Position numbers and translations under genes: made by a program. Positions 1 through 12,578 of a DNA stretch of 64,000 nt are shown here, piece by piece. The stretch is taken from the NCBI GenBank assembly GCA_028534125.1, contig CM052818.1:37016001-37080000 (forward strand), in the 5' to 3' direction. This DNA comes from Lama glama. Lineage: Eukaryota. Every line of letters starts with the position of its first letter. The stretch's first letter is position 1. Under the pieces are notes generated by a model. That model was given only the letters and a program-made list of their open reading frames with translations. It made no database searches and was not told the origin of the DNA.

Positions 1-304
1 CATGGTTTACATGAGCTGGGAAAATGTGAGTTTAGATGAGTTCTCTCTGAGAAAATATGTGATGTAGGAATTACTCTTGTTCTGCCTCAAAACAGCCACA
101 TGTGTAGGATCAACCAGTAGGTCAAGCCTGACTCTCCCAGGAAACAGCCCTTCTTACACTCTGAGCTCCTGGGACACACGCTCCAGAGAATCTGCCAGCA
201 GCAGAGTTCTGTAACTAAGCTTCCAGGCTGGTCAGTGAGGGCTTCCTTTGTCTCCACGGCGAGATTAGGAGAATTCCTCAGTCCTGGAGGAGCCCTCAGT
301 GGAT

Positions 305-309
305 TGTGC

Positions 310-344
<35 letters not shown>

Positions 345-363
345 TGTGTGTCTGTGTGTGTGT
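305..363. repeat. (GT)n microsatellite
   Basis: Near-perfect GT dinucleotide run; the source of the spurious HT-rich and CV-rich ORFs here. Confidence 0.97.
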
Positions 364-2499
364 TCAAGCCACGGAAACCTTGCCCCTCTACCAAATAATA
401 TCTTATGTGGAACCCCCAAATATTAGATATGGGGGGCAATCGTACTGAAGTGGGCGCTGGCATGGGAGAGTAGAATCCCCCTTGTCTGCCCCTCTCCCAT
501 GTGGACCCCTCCCCACAGTGGCTCCCCAGGCACTTCTGTGGAACGCAGGGCTAAACCACCCACCAAGCTTAACCCCTGCGCCTAACGGATGAAGTCACTA
601 AAGCTCAAAGAGATGGTTTAGCCTTGCAATGCACCAGGCACCCAGGAAATGTCCAACAAATAAATCCAGCTCAGTGAAATTCTAACTAACAGTTGGAAGA
701 GTTAAACGAAAGCAGCCAGAGGGGCGCTATGGCTGTGGGCTTCTGCCTTCCGTGGAAAGCAAGAGGATGTTTGCTCTGCCCTCAGTGTTTCCTACTTTTG
801 GGAGCTGGCTTGTTTCCTTCTGGGCCCTCATTGCCATTTGCACAGCATAACCCAGGTTGGGATGCGCCCACAGGAAGGGATTCTTCGGTTCTCATGCAGG
901 AAGGGATGTGGCATTGATCTATCTGTAATTCTAAGCTCAATGTGTTTCCCTTAAATTTTTAGAAAAACCAAAGATACTCTGCAAGTGCAACAGAGCTTCC
1001 AATTAGGCATTTAAGCTCCCTATTTCTATCTCCCTAATGACTTGACTTGCTCTCTTGCTTTATGAAATGAAAATAGCTTTATTTGGGCACGAGGGTGCAG
1101 CTGATTGCATGCTTAATATGCTTGTGCACCAAGCTCCTGCCTGTGTCTAGCATGTGCAGGGGGCAAAATAACACATTTCCATGTTTATTTCTCCTAAGTA
1201 TCCTTGGCCGTTTGCTCCAGTCCCATAACTGAGGGTGGTGCAGTCTTGGTAGAAATGTCCAGAAGGCAGGTGTTTAAGTCTCCAGAAGGAAAAGGGTCCT
1301 TGAAGGGAGAGCATTGGCCTCAGGGCCCTGTCTAGTGGGGAGGGTATGGAGTTGTGGACTTATCAAGTGCTGAGAGGTGGAGAGCAGAGATGGGGCTGGT
1401 GCAAATGGTGCAGAAGAGCTGAAACACAGATACAGAGGACAAAAGAAAGATACTGGAAGGACATGAGCTGAGTTTTAAGAAATAGCCGGGATGATGAATC
1501 AGGTTCCGCAAAGGTGTAGGGCTAGGGGTTAAATAGTTCTTTCTTCACTGGGGAAACAGACCTACAAAGAAAAGATACGCCCACTTCCAAATCTGTCTGG
1601 TTGAATACTGTGCAGAGTCAGACCCCCAGGTTCTGGAAAGCCAAAGGTCATCTTGTCTTTGGCTTTCGGGTTTGCAGAAAACATTGACTCAACTATAGCC
1701 CTGAGAGTTGTTCACGTATCTGGGCAGCACTTCTGAAAACCACTTCAGAAGACGTCCGGTGCTCTCCTCTCTGCCCAGATCTTGCCCTTCCTTCGAGCTC
1801 TGTGCAAGCCCAGTGCCTTCTGAGGACATCCCGGCCAGCGCTCTGTGTACCTGTTCATGCCCTCAGCCTGCACAGTGTCTCCCGTGCATGCGTTAGGTCA
1901 TGCGCTTTTCTTCCCTGGCCCCCATGGCGAACAGCAGGGCCCAGGCCAATGTTCCCAGAAGGCTAGTCAATTTACAGACAGGAAGTGGAGTGTGGTCCTG
2001 GGAACGCTGGAGCTATTTGTGGCCCTTGTTGGCCATCTTGGCTGGCAGCAGCAGGTTAGGAATGCCCCGTTGCTACTGCCTGGTGGGGGCCAGCAAGTGT
2101 TTCACAGGGCTTTTTAAGCGCAGAGCCCTCTGTGGAGAAGACCACAGCAAGGCTCTGCTGTCTGGGGTGCTTTGCAGAGCAGAGAGTAATCCGTCCCTGC
2201 ATGGTCTGTGGCTGCTCTTGGCTTTCCTGTCTAAGGTGCCCTTGATGAGACCTGAGATTATAGGGGAGCCTGGCCATTGCCAGGAGGCAGCCGTGGCTGA
2301 GAAATAGACAAAGGGAAGGAGATCTCACGTGGGGCCGCTCCTTATTTCTGGGAACACTCTGCGCTCTCCTTAGAGTACAGCTCCTGCTCAGCAGTGTTGG
2401 CTGGCCTGCTGATGGGAAGGCCTGCTTTCCAAGTCTGAAGGAGACCCTGAGGTCATTGCGTCCATTCCCCTGCCTTCAGGCAGGATTAAAGATAAGCTG

Positions 2500-3130
2500 C
2501 CCTGCCAGAGGATAATCTCTTCTACTTGTAAAAGCTTCCAGAGCAGACCGGAGTCTCTCCCCAGACCATTCATTGCAACTTTTAACAACCTTCACCATCA
2601 GGAAATTCTCCCCCTTAGCTATCCTAAATCCCTTATGCTGGGGATTAAGTTCCTTTCCTTATTCTATCCTCAGTAGCCACTGCCAAGACTTAGCCTGCAC
2701 TGCCTAAGAACTCTTCTGATACCTGGAGATTGTGTGAAATCCTGCCTGCCTGTCTTCCCCCCTGAATAATCCCAGCTTCTCTTTCCCTCCCAGGCCCTGC
2801 TGCCTGGCCTGTTTATCACCTGTGAGGCTGCCCTCTGGTCCCTCTCTAAGTGCCAGTCTCCCTGGATGGGAGCCCAGAACTAGAACCAGGAGTCTAGGAA
2901 GTTCTGACCCACCTCAGGTCTAATGAGAGTCTGTCTTGAACCCATGACATGAACATTACCTTCCTGTTCATGTACCCAGGTGGGGCTTGTGTGTTGGTGA
3001 CAATCTTACTCAGAGGATGGGTCATCTTTCAACCCGGTAGCGTACCATTGTTTTTCTTTACTTGCTTGGATGTTAAGGGCAAAATATATCGCCTCCACCA
3101 CCAGCATCATGGCCTCATTTTACCTGCAGC
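2500..3130 (-). mobile_element. L3/CR1 LINE fragment
   Basis: Matches antisense CR1/L3 3' text (caccatcaggaaattctcc..cctaaatccc; aataatcccagcttctc; cccagaactagaac). Recognised by eye; boundaries approximate. Confidence 0.6.
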
Positions 3131-4559
3131 AACACTCACCACTACTGGAGATAAGGAGAAGGGAGAATGGCTCTCAGGGCCTGCAGCCCTTTTGGCAGGG
3201 TTGGACCAAAGCCAGCAGCCCACATTTGCGGAGAGCGTTGTTGGTTGGATGCGGGTCCTCACACCGCTCTGATGACAACCAGCTCTCTGGGTCTGGTTGC
3301 TTTCCTTTCTCTCATTTTGTATGCCCTCTCGACCTTCTGGCCTCGGTCACCTTTTCACAGGGTCCAGGGCCCTCATACTGTGCTCCTGCTGCCCGCCCCC
3401 CATCCCGCTCCCTGCAGCGTCCTCCACCCACGACCATCCCCTCTGCCCAGCTCCAGTTCCTTTTCCCCCTTGCAGCAGATCTCACTTCCAAACCACCTGG
3501 GGTCTGCACAGCCAAAATGTGCTCCCTCTGCACTGGGTGGAGACACAGCGGGCTGAGATGGCCACCTTTCTCAAGGAGAGTGAAGACAGGACAGGGATTT
3601 GAGACACAGACTTGGTGAATGGCAAACAGCAAGCGGGATCTGGCCTCCTGTTCCACAGTAGGAGAGAGCTATCAAAAGGCTGCCCTTCAGAAAGGCCAAG
3701 TGGTGTTCATTGCACAGGTCCTCAGACTAGGGGCAGAGGAGGAGTTCTGGGGGAGGTGGGGTTGGAAGTGAGCTGGGTCTTGGGAAATAGGTGTTGGACA
3801 GGCTTAGAGGAGAGGAAGGTAGAAATCCCTTGATTGGCTCATGGGTTCTGATTTGCTCCCCATCACCCCATTTCTTTCAATTCTTTCCATCTCTAGTTTC
3901 CAGGAGAGAAAGCTCTCTTCCTTTCATTCCATTAATACATAAAAAAAATTTAATGAGCATCTACTTTGTGCTGGAACTAGTCTAGATCAGAGGCTTTGAA
4001 TATTGTGCTGTGGCACATGGTGGGCCATGGCTGGGTTTGGATGTGTGGGGTTCTGATTCCTTCAGTCCCTCGGCTGGACGGACAGGGTGGGGCTGGTCAG
4101 GGCTCCTGGGCCCTGGGCACCTCTAATTGCTGAGCGATCCTGTTGCTTCCCCACATTGTTCTGTGCAGTGTTATCATTGTCTGCATGTTCTCTGTGTGAT
4201 TGAAAGAGAGTACCTTTTCTTTCAGGAACTTATATCCACAAAGAGGAAATAGATTTTTTTTTGAGGTATAAAAATAGCGAATCAAAGAAAACAATAAAAA
4301 ATGGAGGTAACTGCTATGAAGGAAATAAACAAGAAAACTAAATGCCTGGGCCTGGAGACTCCCAGAAGGACTAACTCCAAGTTCTGAAGCTATAATTTAA
4401 TGAACGAGCAAATGCACGAATCAATAATTTCCCTGCCCCTGGATTTGCTGTATTCTGCTCAATTTCTCTTCTCTGAGTCTATTTCTCCTGGGACGAGGAC
4501 TGTGAAGTGGGCAGATTATCAGGAAAGAGTTTCAAGAGAGGCAGACAAGCTCCAATGTG

Positions 4560-4960
4560 CATGTTAGAGCGATGGCTGCGGTGGGGGTGGGTGGAGCACA
4601 TGTTAGGACAGAGGCTCTCCCAGCGTCAGAAGGTGTGATGCGGGAGGCCTCGATTAAGAAATAGGGAGAGAGAGATGGATTTAAGGGACACTTAGGGGAC
4701 AGAAAGATAGCACGTGGAGGTTTATTGGTTAAATGAGGAGGAGGTTAAAGGTCAAGGGTCAAGGGCCATATCCAGGGCTCTGGTTTGGACAACTGGCTGG
4801 CTGGAAATGCTAGTTTACTAAAATGAGACATTAAAGATAAGCAGCAAGTAGGGGCAAGCTGTGAGGCGCTTCGTTTCCGACATGTTTTGTTGGAGGTGCT
4901 TGTCCGCTAGGAGCTTGGTTACACCTGTGCTCAGGCGGGAGCGCTGGGCCGGAGGTGCAG
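4560..4960. mobile_element. L2 LINE fragment
   Basis: Typical L2 text (gagagatggatttaagggac; ccagggctctggtttggacaactggctgg; ctcaggcgggagcgctgggccggag). Confidence 0.6.
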
Positions 4961-5750
4961 GTGCGGGTTACCAGCTCAGGCGCCGGAAGCCAGGGAAGGG
5001 AAGGAGCCCGAGGAAGAGCCGGGCTTAAAGCCGGGAGAGGAGCTGGCAAAGGAAAAAGGTATTCAAGAGCGGGTTTAATTCAGGGAAACGTGACTTGGCT
5101 CGGGAGGTGGGGAAGGGGTGGGTCCCGAGCACAGGGGACACGGCGGCGGCTCCCACTGGAGGGGCGCCGCAAGGTGTGCAGACGTGCGGGGTGGGGGGAA
5201 GGTGAGGCCGCCCATCTGACGCTTGCTATTTTCACTGCAGGTAGGAGGTGAGGTAATCTGTTACTTATGACTCTTCCCCTGCCTCTTTTTTTTTTTTTTT
5301 TTTTTTAAGAAGTGGAACTCCAGCCCGGTAAAATGCTCACAGGAAGGGGTTGAAAGTCTGGGGGAGAAGAGGAAGTGACGGCAGGGAGTGTGTGAGGGGG
5401 AGAACGCCCTTTCCAACCTTTCGGGAGGAAAGGGTGGCTAGAGGAGCCGGCGTTGAGGGGGTGGTATTTGCGTGCATTGTGTATATGTTGTCTGTGTGTT
5501 GTGTGTTGTACATCTGTTGTGTGTGCATCGTGCGTGCCTTATGTGTTGTGTGTATGTGCATTATGTGGGGTTTTTTGTGTTGTCTGTATTGTATATGTGT
5601 GTGTGTGTGTGTGTGTGTAAGACAGAGGTTCAGTGGTTCACACTTGGCTGCCTTCTGTATTTCCCGTGAAGTTGGAGGCACGCTCACGTTAGAACGAAGA
5701 AGGTGGCGAACAGGTGGGTGAGCGGGGAAGGCTTGCAGAAGCCCCGTGGA
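4860..5750. promoter_or_regulatory. CpG-retaining GC-rich promoter/first-exon-like region
   Basis: Local excess of CpG over the flanks; GC-rich boxes; ETS/CRE-like GGAAGTGACG at 5371-5380; + strand donor-like sites GAAG|GTGAGG (~5202), GCAG|GTAGGA (~5241) and ACAG|GTGGGT (~5714). Confidence 0.5.
5470..5618. repeat. Degenerate GT-rich simple repeat ending in (GT)n
   Basis: TG-rich low-complexity sequence, directly visible. Confidence 0.9.
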
Positions 5751-6434
5751 GAAGGAGAGGGCGAGCTGGCCAGGAGGCTTCCGGCAGACCACAACGCCAA
5801 GAGACACTTCCAGAACACACCAAGTGGCCAGGTTGGGCCTGTTATTTGAAGCCCTGCTGAATCTAAGACTGAGCAGCCTGGGAAGGTCAGCACTCTCTCG
5901 TCCAGAGCGCCTGCTTCCTTCTCGGCCTCCCAGAGGGGAGGCGGGGTGGCGGTGGCAGAGGGTGGCCTGAGTCACTGCTTTCCCGGGTGAAGAGTGGGGA
6001 GGAGACCACTCGTGACTTTTTAAGATAAGCGCATGCAAATCTTTCTGTCTCCATTTCTGTATCGCCTGTCTCACCACCTGCCCTTCCCTCCTCCCCAAAT
6101 CTGTTCCATAAATAATTAATGACTGCGACAGTGGGTTCTGTTCCTGTAACTGAAGACACCCTTTGGCAGCTTAGAATCTCTGGTGTCTTTCTTCGCCTCA
6201 CAAGCTCAGCTGCTCACCTTGTGTATAAAACTGTGGCTCCAGGCAGTTTACTTCTGAGCATCTTTGCATTACGTTGGGCTGCCACGGACGTCATGGCTGT
6301 AGGACCAGTGCCGTCTGCACAAGTGAGAGTCTGGTGACACTGAGTTCTGGGGACCAGCAATGAGTGGTCGAGTGGGAGGAATTTAAAAGGTGATAGGGGC
6401 CAGAGCCTACACAGAACTCTAGATTGCCTGTTGT

Positions 6435-6720
6435 AGGAGTGTGCTGTCTTTGGTCAGGTTCCCTAGAAGCAGAGCCTGAGACGGGGATTCTTGAGAAAGT
6501 GATTTATGGAGGGGGTACTCTCAGGAGCAGGGGACTGAGGGGAGCCAGACGGGGCAGGGGAGGAAAGCTAAGGAAGAAGATGGCCGCAGGTGCATGCCAG
6601 CTTCCCCTGGTCCCACAGTGCCCCCTGCAGTGTGACTTGTACCCCAATGTTGGACTTTTCTTGCCTGGCCTTTCCTCGCTGGCTGTGATTTCCCCTAATG
6701 TCCCCACTTAGACCGAGTGA
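6435..6720. mobile_element. Old ERVL-class LTR fragment (LTR33/LTR16-like)
   Basis: gtcaggttccctagaagcagagcctgagacggggattcttg..gtgatttatgg resembles the LTR33-type consensus. Confidence 0.5.
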
Positions 6721-7639
6721 AGTCTGAGAGAGCGCCAGCAGTTCCGTTCCTATGTCCACTTTGTTTCATATACTGAAGTCATTCATTCATTCATTCACTC
6801 AACAAATACGTAACTGTGACTGGCTCTTCCCTTTACCCTTATGTTGCTGGCTGTCTCAGGACACATTTTTTTAAAAATGCTGCGCTCGTCACTGAGAGCC
6901 AAAGGATTTTAGGCTCTGAGAAGGGCCAAGAAACCTCTCTTGCCTTTATCTGTTGGCTGTAGATCATTAGTGTATTCTTGGCATCTGCCTCCCCCTCTAC
7001 ATAAGTTTACACATCTCAGTGGGGTGGAAAATGAAGAGAACAGGAGAGCACTGCCAACTCGGGAAGAGGGAGAAGGAAGGACAGGGTGTGGAGGGGAGAC
7101 ACAGGGCCCTAGTGTGGCTTCTGAGTCCCCCCCAGCTATTGCTCATGCCCCACACTTGGGATGGGAACAGATTAAGAAGAGACAGGCTTTGTAGATAGGT
7201 CCCACCTGTCTAGTGTGGATGGAGAACTGAGGTGCTTGTCCAAGGCCACCCTGGGAGCTTGTTGCTATGAAAGTGACTTCTGAACACAGGGAGGCTGGGG
7301 CTCTGTGAACCATCCTTGTGCTCTGTGTGATGCCACAGCGAGGCCATCCATTTGTCCCTCACTTCCCCACGGGCCCTAGAACCCAAATCTGTAAAAATGA
7401 AGCTTCTGATGACTTGATCTCAAAGTTCTTTTCTGGAGCTGAGAGCCTCTGTCTCAATGATTCCTGGCTCAAATGTTAAGGACAATTAATCCAGGCCTAG
7501 GGGACACATCTACTGGCATGTCAGGAGGCTCTGCATGGTCAATATTTTACCTACAAGTTGAGTGGTGGGATGGTGGCACGCTGCTTGGGTTTTGGGGGGA
7601 TTGAGATGATATGGAGGGGTCCCATCTTTGTGTTGGATT

Positions 7640-8150
7640 TGAGACTTATGAAACTTAAAAAGGCTGGATAAATGGACCAAAACCCAACAGATAAAAATGC
7701 CTCATTTTTAGTTAAAAACTAATGGTTGCATAGACACAGTTGAGATAAACCTGGCTAAGGAACAGTTCGAGTGAAAATACTTCAGAGTTTTAGTTCAGGC
7801 TATATTTATAAGTTCAATAAATATTAATTGGGTACCAGGCACTGATCCAGGAGCTGTGGACACATCGGTGAATAAGATGACATCATCCTCATGCAGCACA
7901 CATTCTGTATTATAATGTAATATAATACACAATGCATGCTATGCAATACAAATATGTAGGTTATCTATATGGTACAGGTTGGCAACGAGTGGTGAGAGGA
8001 AAGGAGAAAGCGTAGCAGTGGGAAATGGAATGATGGGGTGCTGTTTTAAGTGGAGGTGGCAGGGAAGACTTCTCTCAGGAGCTAACATTTGGTCCATTAG
8101 CTGTTTTACATGGCTGCTAAAAAGCTACTGAAATCCCAGGTTTTATGACC
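7640..8150 (+). mobile_element. L3/CR1 fragment interrupted by an L2 piece (~7812-8090)
   Basis: aggctggataaatggacc..cctggctaaggaacagttcgagtgaaaa..gttttagtt is CR1 ORF2 3' text. It resumes at catggctgctaaaaagc after L2 3'-end text (ttcaataaatattaattgggtaccaggcactg). Confidence 0.55.
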
Positions 8151-9381
8151 ATTTATTCCCACTAATTAGCGTGACCTGCTTGGATGCCTCCGCCTACCTA
8201 AGATCACGTGACTTCCTCCAGCTGCAGGATCAGCCCTGCGGATCACACCGGGCCTTTCAGGGAATTGCCAAGCCAGCCTGCCTGACCTTGGCCTCATTTC
8301 AGTTAATCTGCATCTCCTGGGCTCTCGCAAGCCATTGGCCATCACAGGGCATCCCACCACCGATCACTTCCAACACTGCCGTCCCCATCTGTGATGATGC
8401 TATGGACACTTGGGACCAGCTGGGTTCTCCCCATCCACTCCGGCCCCAGTGTGGGGCCACCCACTGCACTCAGATGACCTGGCAACCCTGATTTATTCCA
8501 CCTGAGCTACCCCACTCCCTTCACTGTTTCAAAGTGCTCTCTTGGCACTGGCTCCAGAGTGAGATTCAAAGGGAACATTTTTTGTTTTATTGATGTTCAT
8601 CTTCCTAAGTTTGCACAGTGCGTGGCATAAATGCTAATTTTTCTAGGTGGGGGAAAAAGTTTTCTCCCAAACTTCTTGCCATTTTATTAATAATGTAGCA
8701 AGTGAGACAACATATTCTGAGGGCTCAGCCAGCCCCAGGGAGGCAGCCCTGGCCTCTGAGCGCCCGTGTTCTTCCTCCCACTGACTCGGTCTCTGTCTCC
8801 GGTGGGTTGCTGAGGCACCGAAGAGCAGAGGGCAGGGGGAATTATGCATGAACAGAGAGACAAGAGGCCGACCTTCTGTGTTTAAAGGTTAAAATGATTT
8901 CTTGGGAAATGGAGCAAACTCTCTAATCAGAAGCTGTTCTGAATTTTTTCTGCAAAAATTAGATGCTGTGATTCTCTTCACAAGCTGTTTGTGAGGATGG
9001 GGACCACACACACACACACAACACACACATTTAATAACGATGTCAAGGTCAGCCTCAATTCATTGAACACCTACTATGTTCCCAGTCCTGGGATGAGTTA
9101 GGCTAAAGGGACACAAGGTAGTAAAAGCAGTAAATCAAAACCCTTAGTCACCTGTAACTCAGGTAAGGGGACCATTCAGTGAGCCATCTTTCAGCTTCGT
9201 GCTGCTTGAAAGGAATAAGCTAGTTATTCCAGGGATCTTGTAAAAACCAAACCAGCTTAGGGCCCATCATGGAATCTACCTGCGCTCCCACAGTCAAGGT
9301 GCTGGTGGTGCAGCAGCGCTCAGGGTGAAGGTCACCGGCACCCATGGCACGCATCCTCTCTCTTTCCCTCTTCATGTAGCT

Positions 9382-9572
9382 CAGGATTTAGCAGACTTTT
9401 TCTTAAAGGGCCAGGTTGTAAATACTTTCACCTTTGTGGGCCATAAGGTCTCTGCCTAGACTCTGGGGTTGTGAAGCAAAAGCAGCAGACAGCCTGTACA
9501 TGAAAAGGTGAGACTGTTTGCCAGTAAACGCTATTTACTCACACTAGCCAAGCTGTAGTTTGCTGACCCCTG
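9382..9572. mobile_element. MER58A-like hAT MITE
   Basis: Termini cagg..ttagcagactttttcttaaagggccag and gtagtttgctgacccctg, with internal ctttgtgggccata. Confidence 0.8.
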
Positions 9573-12500
9573 ACCTACCTGATTCCTGCTCATTCATACC
9601 CTCTGGTAAATGCTCTCATTGCCCTTTGTACTATTCCTTCAGAGCACTCATCTCGCTCTAATTAGTTATTTGTCCAATTACGTGCTTAGCACCGATTCTG
9701 GTGTTTGCATTACAGCAGGGGCCGTGCCGTCTTGTCCTTGCAGCTCCCAGAGCTGGCGCACGCGAGAGCCGGCAGGCACCTCCTGCTCACGGTGTGTGTG
9801 CCCCGCATTGTTCTGCTTCACATTCATGAATTCACTCAAGTCACGCAGGAGTTGCAATAGGTAGACTCTGCTCTCATCTCCCTTTGTAAAAGAGAAGGAA
9901 GCCAAGGCGTAGAGAGGCTGAGTGGTGTGCTTGAAATCACACAACTAGGAAGTAGCGGGACCGAGATTTGGACTTAGTCTGGTCCTTTAAGCACAGTGTC
10001 ATTCTACCTCTTGATAAGTTGCTGGTGAAAAGTGAACCAAGTGAATAAGAAGTCGTGTTCTTCCTCTGATGGGACAGGGGGCAGAGGTGGGGCTACCCAT
10101 GGGGATGATGGAAACCTGGCTTTGTCACTGTGGGGAGAGGAAGTGGGAGCTGACCGTGGGCAGGGAGTGGCTTTGCCCTGTGATCTAAGTGAGGATGGAG
10201 GTAAGCATGGGTACCACTCCACAAGCTGTGGGCTTTCCTCTGGACGGATGGAACGGCTGAGGTCTGGGTTGATGCAGGTTGTGGGTTTGCCAGTGGGTTC
10301 TCTGGGGTCAGAGCAGCAGTAGATGGAGCCTGGATCAGATCACCCTTGGGTTCTGGTTTTGGTGCTTACTGACCTTATGATATGGATACATTGCCTAAAT
10401 TAGTGGGGCCTCAGTTTTCTTATGTTCAAAGTGAATGTGATAAGACCTATGCTGGTGTTTTGGTGACAGTAAGAGCAAATGCATCTGAAGGAGCAGGCCT
10501 GCAATAGGAGCTCAACATATTGGCCCAGCTCTCCCTTCTGAGAACTTTTTGTCCATGAGGCTCCATGAGGGTGATATCCGGTCCAGGATACTCAGGCCTT
10601 GCCTTGGGAAGCTGCACCTCCTCCTGCCTGGCTGTGTGCCTGCGTGCCTCTCTTCATGGCCCCAGCAAGTGTTCTCATTTCCAACCAGGTAGCACCTGGT
10701 ACAGACTACTTCCTGCCTACCACATGCTTTGACCCATTTTGATGTTGTATTGAGGTGCCTATGTGGCTGTTTGCCAGGAGAAGTGCACAGTGTGTGCCTT
10801 TGCTTTGTGGGAGGAGTGGGCGCATTCCCCTGTGTGACTTGCATAAATATGCATTTGAATGTATGTACATAGCGCTCAAATTACAACCTTCAGTTCCTTG
10901 CAGTGGAGACAAGTTTCTTTCATGATGTGATTAATAACTAAAAATAAAAAGGCGACTGTAGAGCAATGTTGACAAGTCTTTGGAGAGTAGGGATCACTGT
11001 GTATAACAAACTCAGGGACCAAACATCTTGCAAAGAATGGAAAGGACAGGTCATATCTAATTAGATGCATTTTAGCAGGGGCAAAAGCAAAACAAAGCAA
11101 ATCTTCTTTTTTTTTTTTTTTTTAAAGGTTCATATAATGAATTGGGCAAGTCCATGGTAGAGGGAGGGGCTGAATAACAGATAATTATTTGGGTGAAGAC
11201 ACCCTAGAGGTTTTATTTACTGGAGCTCATTATGGGTGAAAGACTGAATGGTTGGGCTGGGCCTTTGCCCCCTTCCTTCCTCCCTATTGGGTTGTCTTCC
11301 TATTTTATTATCATCAACAAATAGTAATTGAGTGTGTAATGTGTGATATTTGCAGGGGGAATTAATGAAATGTGAAATTTAAACTTTGACTTTTATGTAC
11401 TTTAATCCTTTCATTCATTCTCCAAATTATTATTGAAAACCCACATTGTACTAAAATACAAAGGTGAATAAAACATAGTTCTTGTTTTAAAGAATCTACA
11501 ATTTATTTGGGAAGGCAGGATCAACCCATAGGAAAAAATGTCTTAAGAACAAGGATATGAGATGAGCATATGATAGGCTACAATTCATGAGGTCTGCATA
11601 TGCATTCAAAGTCATTGCATTTTCCCCAGAATGCCAAAGAGAATCACGTGGTCTCCACTTCAGTCTCCCCCCTGCAAGAAAGGAAGAAAGGAGCCTCCTG
11701 GGCTGGGGAAGGAAGAGGCACTTTTTGGAGAGGGGTTGCAGAGCACGCTGTGGGGGTAGCTTGGGGATAAGAACAATGATGACAGAGAGCCTTAATAAGT
11801 ATGACTTCAAACTATGCTTTTGGAGACCTTTTCATGTCTTTTGAGAAAAGTGAGTAGAGAACGAAATTCCTTTTTAAGTACTCTGGGTGGTTGAAATTTT
11901 ACTTCTTGAGATCAACCCTACCTTCTGGTTGTGAGGGAGGTAGATAATGCTGAACGTGTAATGTCATGGTAGCCTTCATGGTTGTGGTGAGCTGGAGCCT
12001 GACTTCCAAGGATGGGTGGGAGAAGCCAGGCAGACAGAAGGGTAAATAAAGGGAGGGCATTGCATGGTAGAGGGCTGGGGGATGGTGCGTGGAAAGCAGT
12101 GGTGGAAGTGCTGAGGAGGGAAAGCTCACGGAATCTCCAAAGGTCAGTGGGGAGGCCCATACAGAGGAGAGTTTGGGGATGCTGGCCCCACCCGTCCACT
12201 TATCTAAAGAGCTGTCCTTCATCCATCAAGGCTTCCTCCTATATTTCTTACACATACTGTCTCCCGAAAATCAGTCATCCAGGGCATGCAGTGATGATGG
12301 GCCCCTTCCTATCTCCTTGGCAGTGTTACCCCTTCTGACAAAAGTTCTACTGCTTGCTCTCTGAGTCTTTCCAACTGCGGACCTGGGTATAAGAATTCTT
12401 GTGCCTTGTTTTCACTCACAGGAAGCTTCAAGTCTCACATTTAGGGCTACTTCCTAAATGACAGAGACAGAATTCAGAGTCACATAAATGAATAAAATAT

Positions 12501-12578
12501 TTATGATGAACCTGAGAAGTTAGTTTAATCACACACATCTCTTTCCTCTTGTGTATTAATTAATCCTGATAAATCCCC

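Noticed and set aside
87..426. ORFs with HT/CV repeats
   Set aside because: Translation artefacts of the (GT)n microsatellite.
3070..3656. Cluster of overlapping 100-180 aa ORFs
   Set aside because: Open in several frames at once because of GC/pyrimidine bias, partly inside an L3 relic; no family motif.
5337..6098. Longest ORF (253 aa, minus strand)
   Set aside because: Spans the GT-rich simple repeat and GC-rich stop-poor sequence; no recognisable domain.
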